From an uncultured Planctomycetia bacterium (GTDB lineage Bacteria > Omnitrophota > Gorgyraeia > 2-02-FULL-51-18), in contig CAZXLF010000001.1 of the NCBI GenBank assembly GCA_964642015.1, positions 116,846 through 180,845 of the forward strand: a stretch of DNA of 64,000 bases, in the 5' to 3' direction. The notes below the pieces were generated by a model. The model did no database searches. It was not told where the DNA came from and saw only the letters and a list, made by a program, of their open reading frames with translations. Of this stretch, positions 39,254 through 47,525 are shown one piece after another. The translations under genes and the position numbers were made by a program. The stretch's first letter is position 1, and every line of letters begins with the position of its first letter.

Positions 39254-40432
39254 ATGAGCGCTTTGGATAAAAAAATAAAAAATCTGTTATTAGACCGGCA
39301 AAAGCACCTTGAAAACAGATCCGTGCATTCGATAGCAGATACTTTAGGCCGCTTGTCCAAACGATGGCTTGATCGAGCGTATCCGTTCAGAAAAAAAGCC
39401 GTGAGGCAGCTGGTTGTTAGGTCCCGTTTTACGGAGGCGATGTCGCATGAGCTTTTAGATGCTTTATTTTCCGAGTTGACCCAACCTAAACTTATAAAGC
39501 TTTTAAAGTCTGAACTTAAAGATCCTTTAGCATTGGACAGATTTCAAAAGGATGCATTGACGGGTAAATGGCAGAGGGCGCGAGGTCCGCGTATCATCAC
39601 GCATATTTTTTCAGGCAATGTGCCTAATCCATCGATCATCAGTTTTATTCTCGGCATGCTTGTCAAAAGCGTTAACATTGGAAAACTCTCTCATAAAGAT
39701 GAAGGATTCCTGGATATTTATCTTCATTCCCTAAGGTCTATGGACCGGAATTTAGCCAAGACCAATTTCCTGATCGATCCGTCCAACAAACGTTCTGTTT
39801 CCGACGCCATTCATTTGTCGGATCTTGTGGTGGCTTATGGTAATGACACATCGATCAAAGAGATCAAGACAATGGTTCCGGCTTCGGTTCCATTCGCAGG
39901 CTATGGTCATCGGATGAGCTTCGGTTTTTACGCCAAAAACATATTGAACAAAAGGAATATCGACGATTTTGCCAAGAAAACAGCATTGGATATCTGGATG
40001 ATGGATCGCAGAGGATGTTTATCGCCGATAGAAGTATTCCTTGAAGCCGGCGGGAAGGTGCCGTTGATCGAGTTTTCAAGCTGCCTCATGAAAGCTATCG
40101 AGTCATCTTTTGAGATCAAAGCCTGGCAGATGCCGGCGAGTTTTGATTCGATCCAGATCGTTGGTTTTGGAGGAAGAAAAATGGTCGTTATCCGTCCTGT
40201 CAAAGATCCGGGACAGCTTATGAAAATTTTGTCAAACTTCGGCAAATATCTTCAATCAGTCTCTTTAGAAGCTCCGGCTGCGGATAGAAAGAGGATAGCT
40301 GACCGTTTATCGGCTTTGGGCGTGAACCGTATCTGTCGCGCGGGCCAGATGCAGTATCCGCCGATCACCTGGCATCATGATGGAAAGATGAATCTGGCTT
40401 CTTGGCTTTCGTGGACAGACCTGGAGACCTAA
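39254..40432 (+). CDS. LuxC-like acyl-CoA reductase
   Basis: 392 aa. ITHIFSGNVPNPSIISFILGMLVKSVNIGKLS follows the LuxC pattern (AGNVP...K..IIK.S). Confidence 0.65.
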   Translation: MSALDKKIKNLLLDRQKHLENRSVHSIADTLGRLSKRWLDRAYPFRKKAVRQLVVRSRFTEAMSHELLDALFSELTQPKLIKLLKSELKDPLALDRFQKDALTGKWQRARGPRIITHIFSGNVPNPSIISFILGMLVKSVNIGKLSHKDEGFLDIYLHSLRSMDRNLAKTNFLIDPSNKRSVSDAIHLSDLVVAYGNDTSIKEIKTMVPASVPFAGYGHRMSFGFYAKNILNKRNIDDFAKKTALDIWMMDRRGCLSPIEVFLEAGGKVPLIEFSSCLMKAIESSFEIKAWQMPASFDSIQIVGFGGRKMVVIRPVKDPGQLMKILSNFGKYLQSVSLEAPAADRKRIADRLSALGVNRICRAGQMQYPPITWHHDGKMNLASWLSWTDLET

Positions 40433-40480
40433 AGATCAAAACTCAAAAGTTAAAGCAGTAATTGTGATAAAATATTCATC

Positions 40481-42019
40481 ATGAAAAGATATATATGTAT
40501 CCATGGTCATTTTTATCAGCCGCCGCGCGAAAATCCGTGGACTGGGCAGGTAGATGTCGAGGAGTCGGCGAAGCCTTTCCACGACTGGAATGAACGCATT
40601 ACCAAGGAGTGCTACGAGGCTAATACCAAAGCGCCGGTGTTGAATCCTAAAGGCGAGGTGATCGCGCGTATCAATAATTATTCCAAGATCAGTTTTGATA
40701 TAGGGCCGACGCTCCTTTCCTGGTTACGCTCGAACGATCCGGCGACTTACCAAGCGATTATTCAGGCTGACAAGGAAAGCGTCTTGAGGAATGACGGCCA
40801 CGGCAACGCGATCGCCCAAGTTTATAATCATATCATCATGCCCCTTGCCAAAAAGCGTGACAAGATCACGCAGGTTATCTGGGGGATCAGGGATTTTGAA
40901 TTCCATTATAAAAGAAAACCCGAGGGAATGTGGTTATCTGAGACGGCTGCGGATCGCGAAAGTCTGCAGATCCTCGCAGATCAGGGTATATCATTTACGA
41001 TATTGGCCCCTCATCAGGCGCGCCGTGTGCGTCACGTGGGCTTTGGCTCACGTTGGAATTACGTGCATAATGAAGACATTGACTATCATCAACCCTATCG
41101 CATTATTCTCGACCGCGGAAAACAATTCCACATCTTTTTTTATAACGCACCGATCTCGCGGGCCATCGCGTTTCAAGGCTTGCTTTATAATGGTGATCAG
41201 CTTGATCAGCGGCTTTTATCGGCGTTCAACCGGAGAGATTACGCGCAGATCGTTTCGACGGCCACCGACGGTGAAAGTTTTGGGCATCACCATAAACTGG
41301 GTGAGATGGCCATTGCCTATGGCCTTAAGAAACTCGAGGACCAAAAACTCGCACAGCTGACAAATTTTTCAGGATTTTTGGATAAATTCGGCTCGCTTTG
41401 GGAAGTCGACATTTATGATAACAGCTCCTGGAGCTGCGCGCACGGTGTTGAACGCTGGCGTTCTGATTGCGGCTGTCGCATCAATTATCAGGCCGGCTGG
41501 AACCAGAAGTGGCGCTCTTTCATGCGGGACGCGTTCGATTTTCTGAAAGAGATCGTGGATGAAGTCTATGAACGCGAAACGTCGAGGTTCTTTAGGGATC
41601 CTTGGGAAGCCAGAGACGGTTATATTGACGTGATGCTGGACGGTTCGGAAAAGAATAAAAAGCGTTTTTTGTCGGATTACACAAAGAAAACGGCCAATGC
41701 AACTGAAGAAAAAATGATATGGGACCTTCTTGAAGCTGAAAAATTCTCGCTTTTTATGTACACAAGCTGCGGATGGTTCTTTGATGAAGTGTCGGGCATC
41801 GAGCCGGTACAGGTGATGAAATTCGCTTTGCGGGCCATGGAACTTGTGCAGCCCTACTATCAAAGGGAGATCGAGGGCCAGTTTTTGAAGATCCTTCGGC
41901 AGGCCAAAAGCAATATTCCCGAGCAAGGCAACGGCGAAGATGTTTTTAATAATCTGGTCAAGCCTTCGAAGAATGTTTCTGAAAAGATCAGCTTGAACGG
42001 TCAATCGGTAAAAGTGTAG
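40481..42019 (+). CDS. glycoside hydrolase family 57 enzyme (alpha-glucan branching/amylase type)
   Basis: The N-terminus CIHGHFYQPPRENPW is the GH57 hallmark. 512 aa. Confidence 0.85.
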   Translation: MKRYICIHGHFYQPPRENPWTGQVDVEESAKPFHDWNERITKECYEANTKAPVLNPKGEVIARINNYSKISFDIGPTLLSWLRSNDPATYQAIIQADKESVLRNDGHGNAIAQVYNHIIMPLAKKRDKITQVIWGIRDFEFHYKRKPEGMWLSETAADRESLQILADQGISFTILAPHQARRVRHVGFGSRWNYVHNEDIDYHQPYRIILDRGKQFHIFFYNAPISRAIAFQGLLYNGDQLDQRLLSAFNRRDYAQIVSTATDGESFGHHHKLGEMAIAYGLKKLEDQKLAQLTNFSGFLDKFGSLWEVDIYDNSSWSCAHGVERWRSDCGCRINYQAGWNQKWRSFMRDAFDFLKEIVDEVYERETSRFFRDPWEARDGYIDVMLDGSEKNKKRFLSDYTKKTANATEEKMIWDLLEAEKFSLFMYTSCGWFFDEVSGIEPVQVMKFALRAMELVQPYYQREIEGQFLKILRQAKSNIPEQGNGEDVFNNLVKPSKNVSEKISLNGQSVKV

Positions 42020-42037
42020 AAATTCTTAAGGAAATCA

Positions 42038-43135
42038 ATGGGTTTTAAATGCGGTATCGTGGGCCTTCCGAATGTCGGGAAATCCACTATTTTTAATGCG
42101 CTGACACGCGGTTCAGCGCTGGCAGCCAATTATCCTTTCGCAACGATCGATCCGAATGTCGGCGTCGTAGCCGTGCCTGATAAGCGGCTGGATGTTCTCA
42201 CCGAAATCGTTCCTACGCAAAAAGTCGTGCCGACGACTATTGAGATCGTCGATATTGCAGGCATTGTCAAAGGCGCCTCGCAGGGTGAGGGCCTTGGAAA
42301 TCAGTTTTTAAGCCATATTGCCGAGGTGGAAGCGGTCATTGAGGTCGTGCGCTGTTTCGAAGGCACGGACATCATTCATGTCAGCGGAAGCATTGATCCC
42401 TTGCGCGACATTGAAGTCATCAAGATGGAACTTATTTTAAAAGACCTTGAGGCGTTGGCTAAACATAAAGCTCGCGTTGAAAAGATCGCTCGTGCCGGCG
42501 ATAAAAAAGCGGCGCAACTCATGGGATTGCTTGACCGTTATGAAAAATGTTTCAACGAAGGCAAGACTGCTTCAAAAACTTCTGTTTCAGATGAAGAGCG
42601 CGCGCTTTTAAAAGATGTCCGTTTTTTGACCGATAAACCTATCCTTTACGTTGCCAACGTGGCTGAAGAGGATCTCGGAAAACCGGATACACCTCACGTG
42701 GCGGCTGTCCGGAAGAAAGCTGTTGAGGAAGGTTCTGCGATGATCGTGATCAGTGGGAAAGTCGAAGAAGATATTTCCAAGCTCGAAGCCGGAGAACGCG
42801 AAGAGTTTTTGAAGGCAATGAATCTCAGCGAGTCCGGTTTGGAGCGTCTCGCCCGTGAAGGTCACAAACTTTTGTCGCTGATTGCTTTTTTTACAGTTGG
42901 CGAAACCGAGAATAGGGCGTGGACCGTAGAGAAAGGCTCTTCGGCTCCTCAGGCTGCCGGCAAGATCCATTCCGATTTCGAAAAGGGCTTTATCCGTGCC
43001 GAAGTGATCGCTTACGACGACTTTGTGAAATACCGTGGTGAGCAGGGTGCCAAAGAAAAGGGAAGATTCCGTCTGGAAGGCAAAGAGTATATCGTGCAGG
43101 ACGGTGATATCATGCATTTCCGGTTCAGTGTTTGA
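42038..43135 (+). CDS. ychF: redox-regulated ribosome-binding ATPase YchF
   Basis: The N-terminus [17 protein letters not shown] gives way to a C-terminal TGS domain. 365 aa. Confidence 0.95.
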   Translation: MGFKCGIVGLPNVGKSTIFNALTRGSALAANYPFATIDPNVGVVAVPDKRLDVLTEIVPTQKVVPTTIEIVDIAGIVKGASQGEGLGNQFLSHIAEVEAVIEVVRCFEGTDIIHVSGSIDPLRDIEVIKMELILKDLEALAKHKARVEKIARAGDKKAAQLMGLLDRYEKCFNEGKTASKTSVSDEERALLKDVRFLTDKPILYVANVAEEDLGKPDTPHVAAVRKKAVEEGSAMIVISGKVEEDISKLEAGEREEFLKAMNLSESGLERLAREGHKLLSLIAFFTVGETENRAWTVEKGSSAPQAAGKIHSDFEKGFIRAEVIAYDDFVKYRGEQGAKEKGRFRLEGKEYIVQDGDIMHFRFSV

Positions 43136-43245
43136 TCAAAGACCCCGCCTTTTCTTCGGGACAATTTTATTGCAGTTTTCGTTGGGTTCGATACAATAAT
43201 AGGCCAAAGTTTTCTATCACCGAATCTTATTAAGGGAGTCAAAAC

Positions 43246-44286
43246 GTGATCAACATTTCAGAAGGCAAATTAAGAAGCATGGAAGCGGTTTCCAACGAAA
43301 AGGGCGTTATCACCGCGGCGGCTATGGACCAGCGCGGATCTTTGCAGAAATCCATTGCGAAAGCTAAAGGCGTCAGCGACAGCGAAGTGACACCCGCAAT
43401 GATGTCTGAGTTCAAGATCGCTGTGACGAAAGTTTTAACACCTTACGCCAGCGCGATACTTCTTGATCCTGAATTCGGCCTTCCGGCGTCTAAACAACGT
43501 TCCAAAAATGCCGGGCTTTTGCTGGCCTATGAGAAAACAGGGTATGACGCGACAGGCGCCGGACGTATCCCGACTTTTTTGGATGGTTACAGCGCTAAAC
43601 GCTTGAGACAGGAAGGCGCTGATTGCGTGAAAGTGCTCCTCTATTACACACCTTTTGATGATCCGAAAGTGAACCAGAAGAAACACGAGATCATGGAGCG
43701 CATCGGCAAAGAATGCGCCGAAGAAGACATCGCGTTCTTTCTTGAGTTTGTCGGTTATGACCCGAAAGGCGGTGACGCTAAGGATCTTGCCTACGCGAAA
43801 CTGAAGCCTGAGATCGTGATCAAGAGCATGGAAGAATTTTCCAAGGATAAATATCAGGTCGATGTATTAAAAGTCGAAATGCCGATCGATGTGAAATTTT
43901 TGAAAGGTTCCAAAGCGTTCAACGGTAAAGAAGTCGCTTATGATTGGGAAGAAGCCAAGGCCATTTTTAAACGCCAGGATCAATGCACGAAGAAACCCTT
44001 TATTTATCTTTCAGCCGGCGTCAGTGATGATATTTTCAGGGAAAGTCTTGAACTTGCCATCAGCGCAGGAGTGAATTTCGCGGGGGTTCTTTGCGGGCGG
44101 GCGACATGGAAGGATGGTATTCCGGTTTACGCGCAAGGAGGGGCACAAGCTCTCGAAGCGTGGCTTCTGGACCGCGGTGTGAAGAACATCAAAGCTTTGA
44201 ATGAAGTGCTAGCGAAAGGCGCCAAACCCTGGTTTGCGCGTTACGGCGGCCGCGATCAGGTGAAGGTCCTGGCTCATCACCGCTAA
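43246..44286 (+). CDS. LacD-family tagatose-1,6-bisphosphate aldolase (class I aldolase)
   Basis: GTG start after aagggag. LLLAYEKTGYDAT, YLSAGVS and VLCGRATW are near-identical to LacD motifs. Confidence 0.8.
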   Translation: MINISEGKLRSMEAVSNEKGVITAAAMDQRGSLQKSIAKAKGVSDSEVTPAMMSEFKIAVTKVLTPYASAILLDPEFGLPASKQRSKNAGLLLAYEKTGYDATGAGRIPTFLDGYSAKRLRQEGADCVKVLLYYTPFDDPKVNQKKHEIMERIGKECAEEDIAFFLEFVGYDPKGGDAKDLAYAKLKPEIVIKSMEEFSKDKYQVDVLKVEMPIDVKFLKGSKAFNGKEVAYDWEEAKAIFKRQDQCTKKPFIYLSAGVSDDIFRESLELAISAGVNFAGVLCGRATWKDGIPVYAQGGAQALEAWLLDRGVKNIKALNEVLAKGAKPWFARYGGRDQVKVLAHHR

Positions 44287-44301
44287 TTCAGGAGAGATCG
44301 T

Positions 44302-45102
44302 TTGGTCTATATCCCCGGACGGAAAAGCCGTAAGGAAAAGAAAAAAGAAGAAGAGCAAGACGAAGAAATAGCTTTTATTGAATCCAAACCGGGAGACCTT
44401 GATCTTTTAAAGCTTAAGAAAGCTTACGAAGATCTCGAAGAAACTCACCGCCAGATCCGCGAATCTCACATCGAGATGATCCTGAAACTGGCGATCGCCG
44501 CCGAATACAAAGATCCCGATACCGGCAGCCATATTCTCCGCATCAGCGATTATGCCATGGAAGTGGCCAAAGCCATTGATATGCCCGAAGATCAGATCGA
44601 ACTTCTAAGGTACGCTAGTCCCATGCATGATATCGGAAAGATCGGTATCCCGGACCGTATCCTTCAAAAACCGGGAAAATTGACCCCTGAAGAATGGGAG
44701 CTGATGAAACAGCATACGTTGATCGGTGAAAGGATGTTCCATAGTTCCAAGTCTCCGCTTTTGAACGCTGCCGGTCAAATAGCCGCGACCCATCACGAAA
44801 AATATGATGGTAAAGGTTATCCTTACGGTTTGGTGGGCGAGAAGATCCCGATCTTCGGCAGGATCGTGGCGCTCGTCGATGTGTTCGATGCGATCGTATC
44901 CAAACGCTCCTATAAGGAGAAATGGCCTTTTCATGATGCCGTGGATCACATTCAAGGTTTAGGCGGAAATCATTTGGACCCGGAACTGGTAAGAGTGTTC
45001 CGGAAGATCGAAAAAAAGATCCACCGTATCTACGAAGCGAATCTGACGATCGAACGTTTTGTCAAAGGTTTCAATCCCGACGCGCCGGATCCCGGCATCT
45101 AA
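44302..45102 (+). CDS. HD-GYP domain phosphodiesterase
   Basis: TTG start with SD aggagag. HD motif in MHDIGKIGIPDRIL. GYP motif in GKGYPYGL. Confidence 0.8.
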   Translation: MVYIPGRKSRKEKKKEEEQDEEIAFIESKPGDLDLLKLKKAYEDLEETHRQIRESHIEMILKLAIAAEYKDPDTGSHILRISDYAMEVAKAIDMPEDQIELLRYASPMHDIGKIGIPDRILQKPGKLTPEEWELMKQHTLIGERMFHSSKSPLLNAAGQIAATHHEKYDGKGYPYGLVGEKIPIFGRIVALVDVFDAIVSKRSYKEKWPFHDAVDHIQGLGGNHLDPELVRVFRKIEKKIHRIYEANLTIERFVKGFNPDAPDPGI

Positions 45103-45117
45103 TTTTTCAAATAAACC

Positions 45118-45774
45118 ATGGCCAACAAAGACTATTACGGGACACTGAAAGTTAAAGAGAACGCTTCATCTGATGAAATAAAGAAAGCGTACCGCGATCT
45201 CGCTAAAAAATATCATCCTGACGCAAATCCGAACAATAAAGCCGCGGAAGAAAAATTCAAGGAGATCTCCGAGGCTTATTATGTATTGAGCGACGAAAAA
45301 AAACGCCGTGATTACGATAATTATAGGAAAGGCGGTTTCTCCCAGAATTTCGGCGGCGGTGGGGCACAGGGTTTCCAAGGCGCGCAAGGATTTGATTTTG
45401 AGGAGATCTTACGCGCGTTCCGCGGTGCGCAAAGCGGTAGAAGGACTCATGTACGTTTCGGCGACGGTGGAGGCGGAGGATTTGAGGATATTTTTGGAGA
45501 TATTTTTGGCGGAGGCCGCACTCAGGGTTACAGCCACGAAGAAGAGGATCTGCATCCGGTTTCATCCGATCTCACGGCGGTTTTGAAGATCTCAAGATCG
45601 CGCGCGCAAAAAGGCGGCGAAGTGAGTTTTGCAACACATGACGGCAAAAAGATCACGGTAAAGATCCCGGCCGGTATCAGTTCGGGGAAAAAGCTTCGTC
45701 TTTCGAGACAAGGAAATATCTGTCATACCTGCAATCATCCGGGCGATTTGATCCTGACCATTAAAGTCGAATAA
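45118..45774 (+). CDS. J-domain protein (DnaJ/CbpA-like, truncated C-terminal domain)
   Basis: J domain with HPD (KKYHPDANP). G/F-rich linker. Short DnaJ-C-like tail. Confidence 0.8.
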   Translation: MANKDYYGTLKVKENASSDEIKKAYRDLAKKYHPDANPNNKAAEEKFKEISEAYYVLSDEKKRRDYDNYRKGGFSQNFGGGGAQGFQGAQGFDFEEILRAFRGAQSGRRTHVRFGDGGGGGFEDIFGDIFGGGRTQGYSHEEEDLHPVSSDLTAVLKISRSRAQKGGEVSFATHDGKKITVKIPAGISSGKKLRLSRQGNICHTCNHPGDLILTIKVE

Positions 45775-45790
45775 AAGCTGAGGAGTTCCT

Positions 45791-46582
45791 ATGAAAAAAA
45801 ATAGTTTTGTGTTTTTGGTTATGGCTATGATCCTGGTTTCGGGCTGCGGACAAAAGGCAGCTGAAAATGCGCCGGCGGAATCATCTGCTTCCGTCCCGAC
45901 GGAAAATAAAACTGCTCCGGCTCAGCAGCCGATCGACGCAGCGACGGCCGGTACTGTGAAAGGAAAAGTGTCTTTTCAAGGCACGACCCCCGCGGTTCAA
46001 GAGATCTCTGTGCTCGGGAATCCTGAATGCGCGGTTTTCCATCCAGACGGAAAGGTAAAGTCCGAAGAACTTATTGTGTCCGACGGCGCTTTACAGAATG
46101 TGTTCGTTTATGTGAAGGAGGGTCTTGAGGGCCGAAGTTTCCCGACGCCTACAGAACCTGTGACGATTGAGAACAAAGGATGTCTTTATGTGCCCCATGT
46201 GATAGGCGTTCAAGTTAACCAGCCGGTAATTCTCTTGAATAACGACCCGACGCTTCATAATATTCACTCTTATTCTAAAAATTCCAAACCGTGGAATTTA
46301 GGTTTACCGATCCAAGGTATGAAACAAACCAAGAAATTTGAAGCGGCCGAAGTGATGGTGCCGATGAAATGCGATGTGCATCCGTGGATGAGAGGTTATA
46401 TCGGTGTTCTGCCTCATCCTTATTTTGCCGTGACCGGCAAAGACGGAACGTTTGAGATAAAGAATCTCCCGCCGGGCGAATACTTGATCGAGGCGTGGCA
46501 TGAAAAACTTGGGGTCCAATCTCAGAAGATCAAGATCGAACCCCAAGCATCAAAGGAAATAGAATTTAAATTCAGCGTTTAA
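45791..46582 (+). CDS. lipoprotein with a CarboxypepD_reg-like C-terminal domain
   Basis: Lipobox LVSGC. FEIKNLPPGEYLIEA resembles the carboxypeptidase-regulatory-like fold motif. It also has a C-x2-H-x2-M motif (CDVHPWM). Confidence 0.5.
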   Translation: MKKNSFVFLVMAMILVSGCGQKAAENAPAESSASVPTENKTAPAQQPIDAATAGTVKGKVSFQGTTPAVQEISVLGNPECAVFHPDGKVKSEELIVSDGALQNVFVYVKEGLEGRSFPTPTEPVTIENKGCLYVPHVIGVQVNQPVILLNNDPTLHNIHSYSKNSKPWNLGLPIQGMKQTKKFEAAEVMVPMKCDVHPWMRGYIGVLPHPYFAVTGKDGTFEIKNLPPGEYLIEAWHEKLGVQSQKIKIEPQASKEIEFKFSV

Positions 46583-47205
46583 ACGCTCGTTCCTACCTTA
46601 GGTGAAATCTTAATGAGATGCCAGATTGCCGCAGTGCCTATCACAATAGCCACAATAAGCGTCAATGGGTTTATAGCACCATAGGCATGGGGTGCCAACA
46701 TCGCGAAAAGCAGCGGCGCTGAGAGAAAAGTATTCGTTCTGGATGCTAACGAGGCGCGTTTGCGTACGCCGGGGAGCTTGTCAGCAGGAACTTTGCCTTG
46801 GAGCATGGATTTTTGTGCGGGCCAAATAATGAACCATACATTAAACCACATGATAGAGCCTAGTGTCATACCGAACATTATCCAAAGAGCTCTTGCAGAA
46901 ATACCTTCAGTGGTTGAAAACAAAGCGCTCGGGCCAAAACCTGTCCCAGGTGTATACATGTACACCAGAGTGAACAAACACCAGCCGGTGATGAAAGTCA
47001 TCATCGCTCCCCAGCGGAACCACCACAGCGCTCGAGGCATCAGCTTGGGGTTAACGAGTTTTTTTCCGGCGTCATCCAGCGCCCCCTGGAGAGGAACGTT
47101 CACGAAATTGAAGAAATAAAGATGTCCGATCCAAATAATTCCGAAAAAAATGTGCATCCAACGCAAAAGAAACTGAACGTTGGTATACCAGTCTGATAAA
47201 GCCAT
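46579..47205 (-). CDS. polytopic membrane protein, COG3748 / DUF989-like (urate-hydroxylase N-terminal-like)
   Basis: Start taken at ATG 47205 because it has a strong SD (acaggaggaagcATG). The track's 47262 start has none. HIFFGIIWIGHLYFFNF is a conserved His-containing first helix. Confidence 0.45.
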   Translation of the reverse strand: MALSDWYTNVQFLLRWMHIFFGIIWIGHLYFFNFVNVPLQGALDDAGKKLVNPKLMPRALWWFRWGAMMTFITGWCLFTLVYMYTPGTGFGPSALFSTTEGISARALWIMFGMTLGSIMWFNVWFIIWPAQKSMLQGKVPADKLPGVRKRASLASRTNTFLSAPLLFAMLAPHAYGAINPLTLIVAIVIGTAAIWHLIKISPKVGTSV

Positions 47206-47308
47206 GCTTCCTCCTGTTATCATTTGTCCAGACAAAACCGATTTAAACACATGATAAAACAAAATATGCTTTTAGACAAGCCGTTTTTGAGTCTTAGAAG
47301 CCAAAAAA

Positions 47309-47325
47309 ACACAAAATATAGTGGT
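47309..47325 (+). promoter_or_regulatory. NrdR-box-like imperfect palindrome upstream of nrdJ
   Basis: acacaaaatatagtggt resembles the NrdR-box consensus acaCwAtATaTwGtgt, with about 10 of 14 positions palindromic. Only one box is evident. Confidence 0.25.
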
Positions 47326-47340
47326 TTTTTAAAAAATTGC

Positions 47341-47370
47341 TTGACACTACCACAAGAGCGGGTTTATACT
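47341..47370 (+). promoter_or_regulatory. sigma70 promoter of nrdJ
   Basis: TTGACA at 47341-47346, an 18-nt spacer, then TATACT at 47365-47370. Confidence 0.5.
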
Positions 47371-47401
47371 TCAAAACAGGTTCGATCATTAATTTTTTTT
47401 G

Positions 47402-47443
47402 AAACGGAATTGTCGCGCAGTGAGGCGATACTCCGTTTTTTTC
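47402..47443 (+). terminator. terminator-like hairpin in the nrdJ 5' leader (candidate attenuator)
   Basis: aaacgga ... tccgttt (7-bp outer stem, with an inner tcgc/gcga stem) followed by ttttttt. It lies between the -10 element and the ATG at 47526. Confidence 0.4.
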
Positions 47444-47525
47444 GTCAAAGGTCTCATTAAAAGTTTTCAAAGCTGTTATTTTACGGCAAAAGATCAACGA
47501 ACTTTACGTCACGAGGAGAAGCAAA

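Noticed and set aside
47263-47525. Cobalamin riboswitch upstream of nrdJ (and likewise upstream of metH at 6219-6361)
   Set aside because: No B12-box-like sequence (rAGYCMGgAgaCCkGCc) and no characteristic multi-stem architecture are visible. The metH upstream hairpin is better explained as the tpx terminator.
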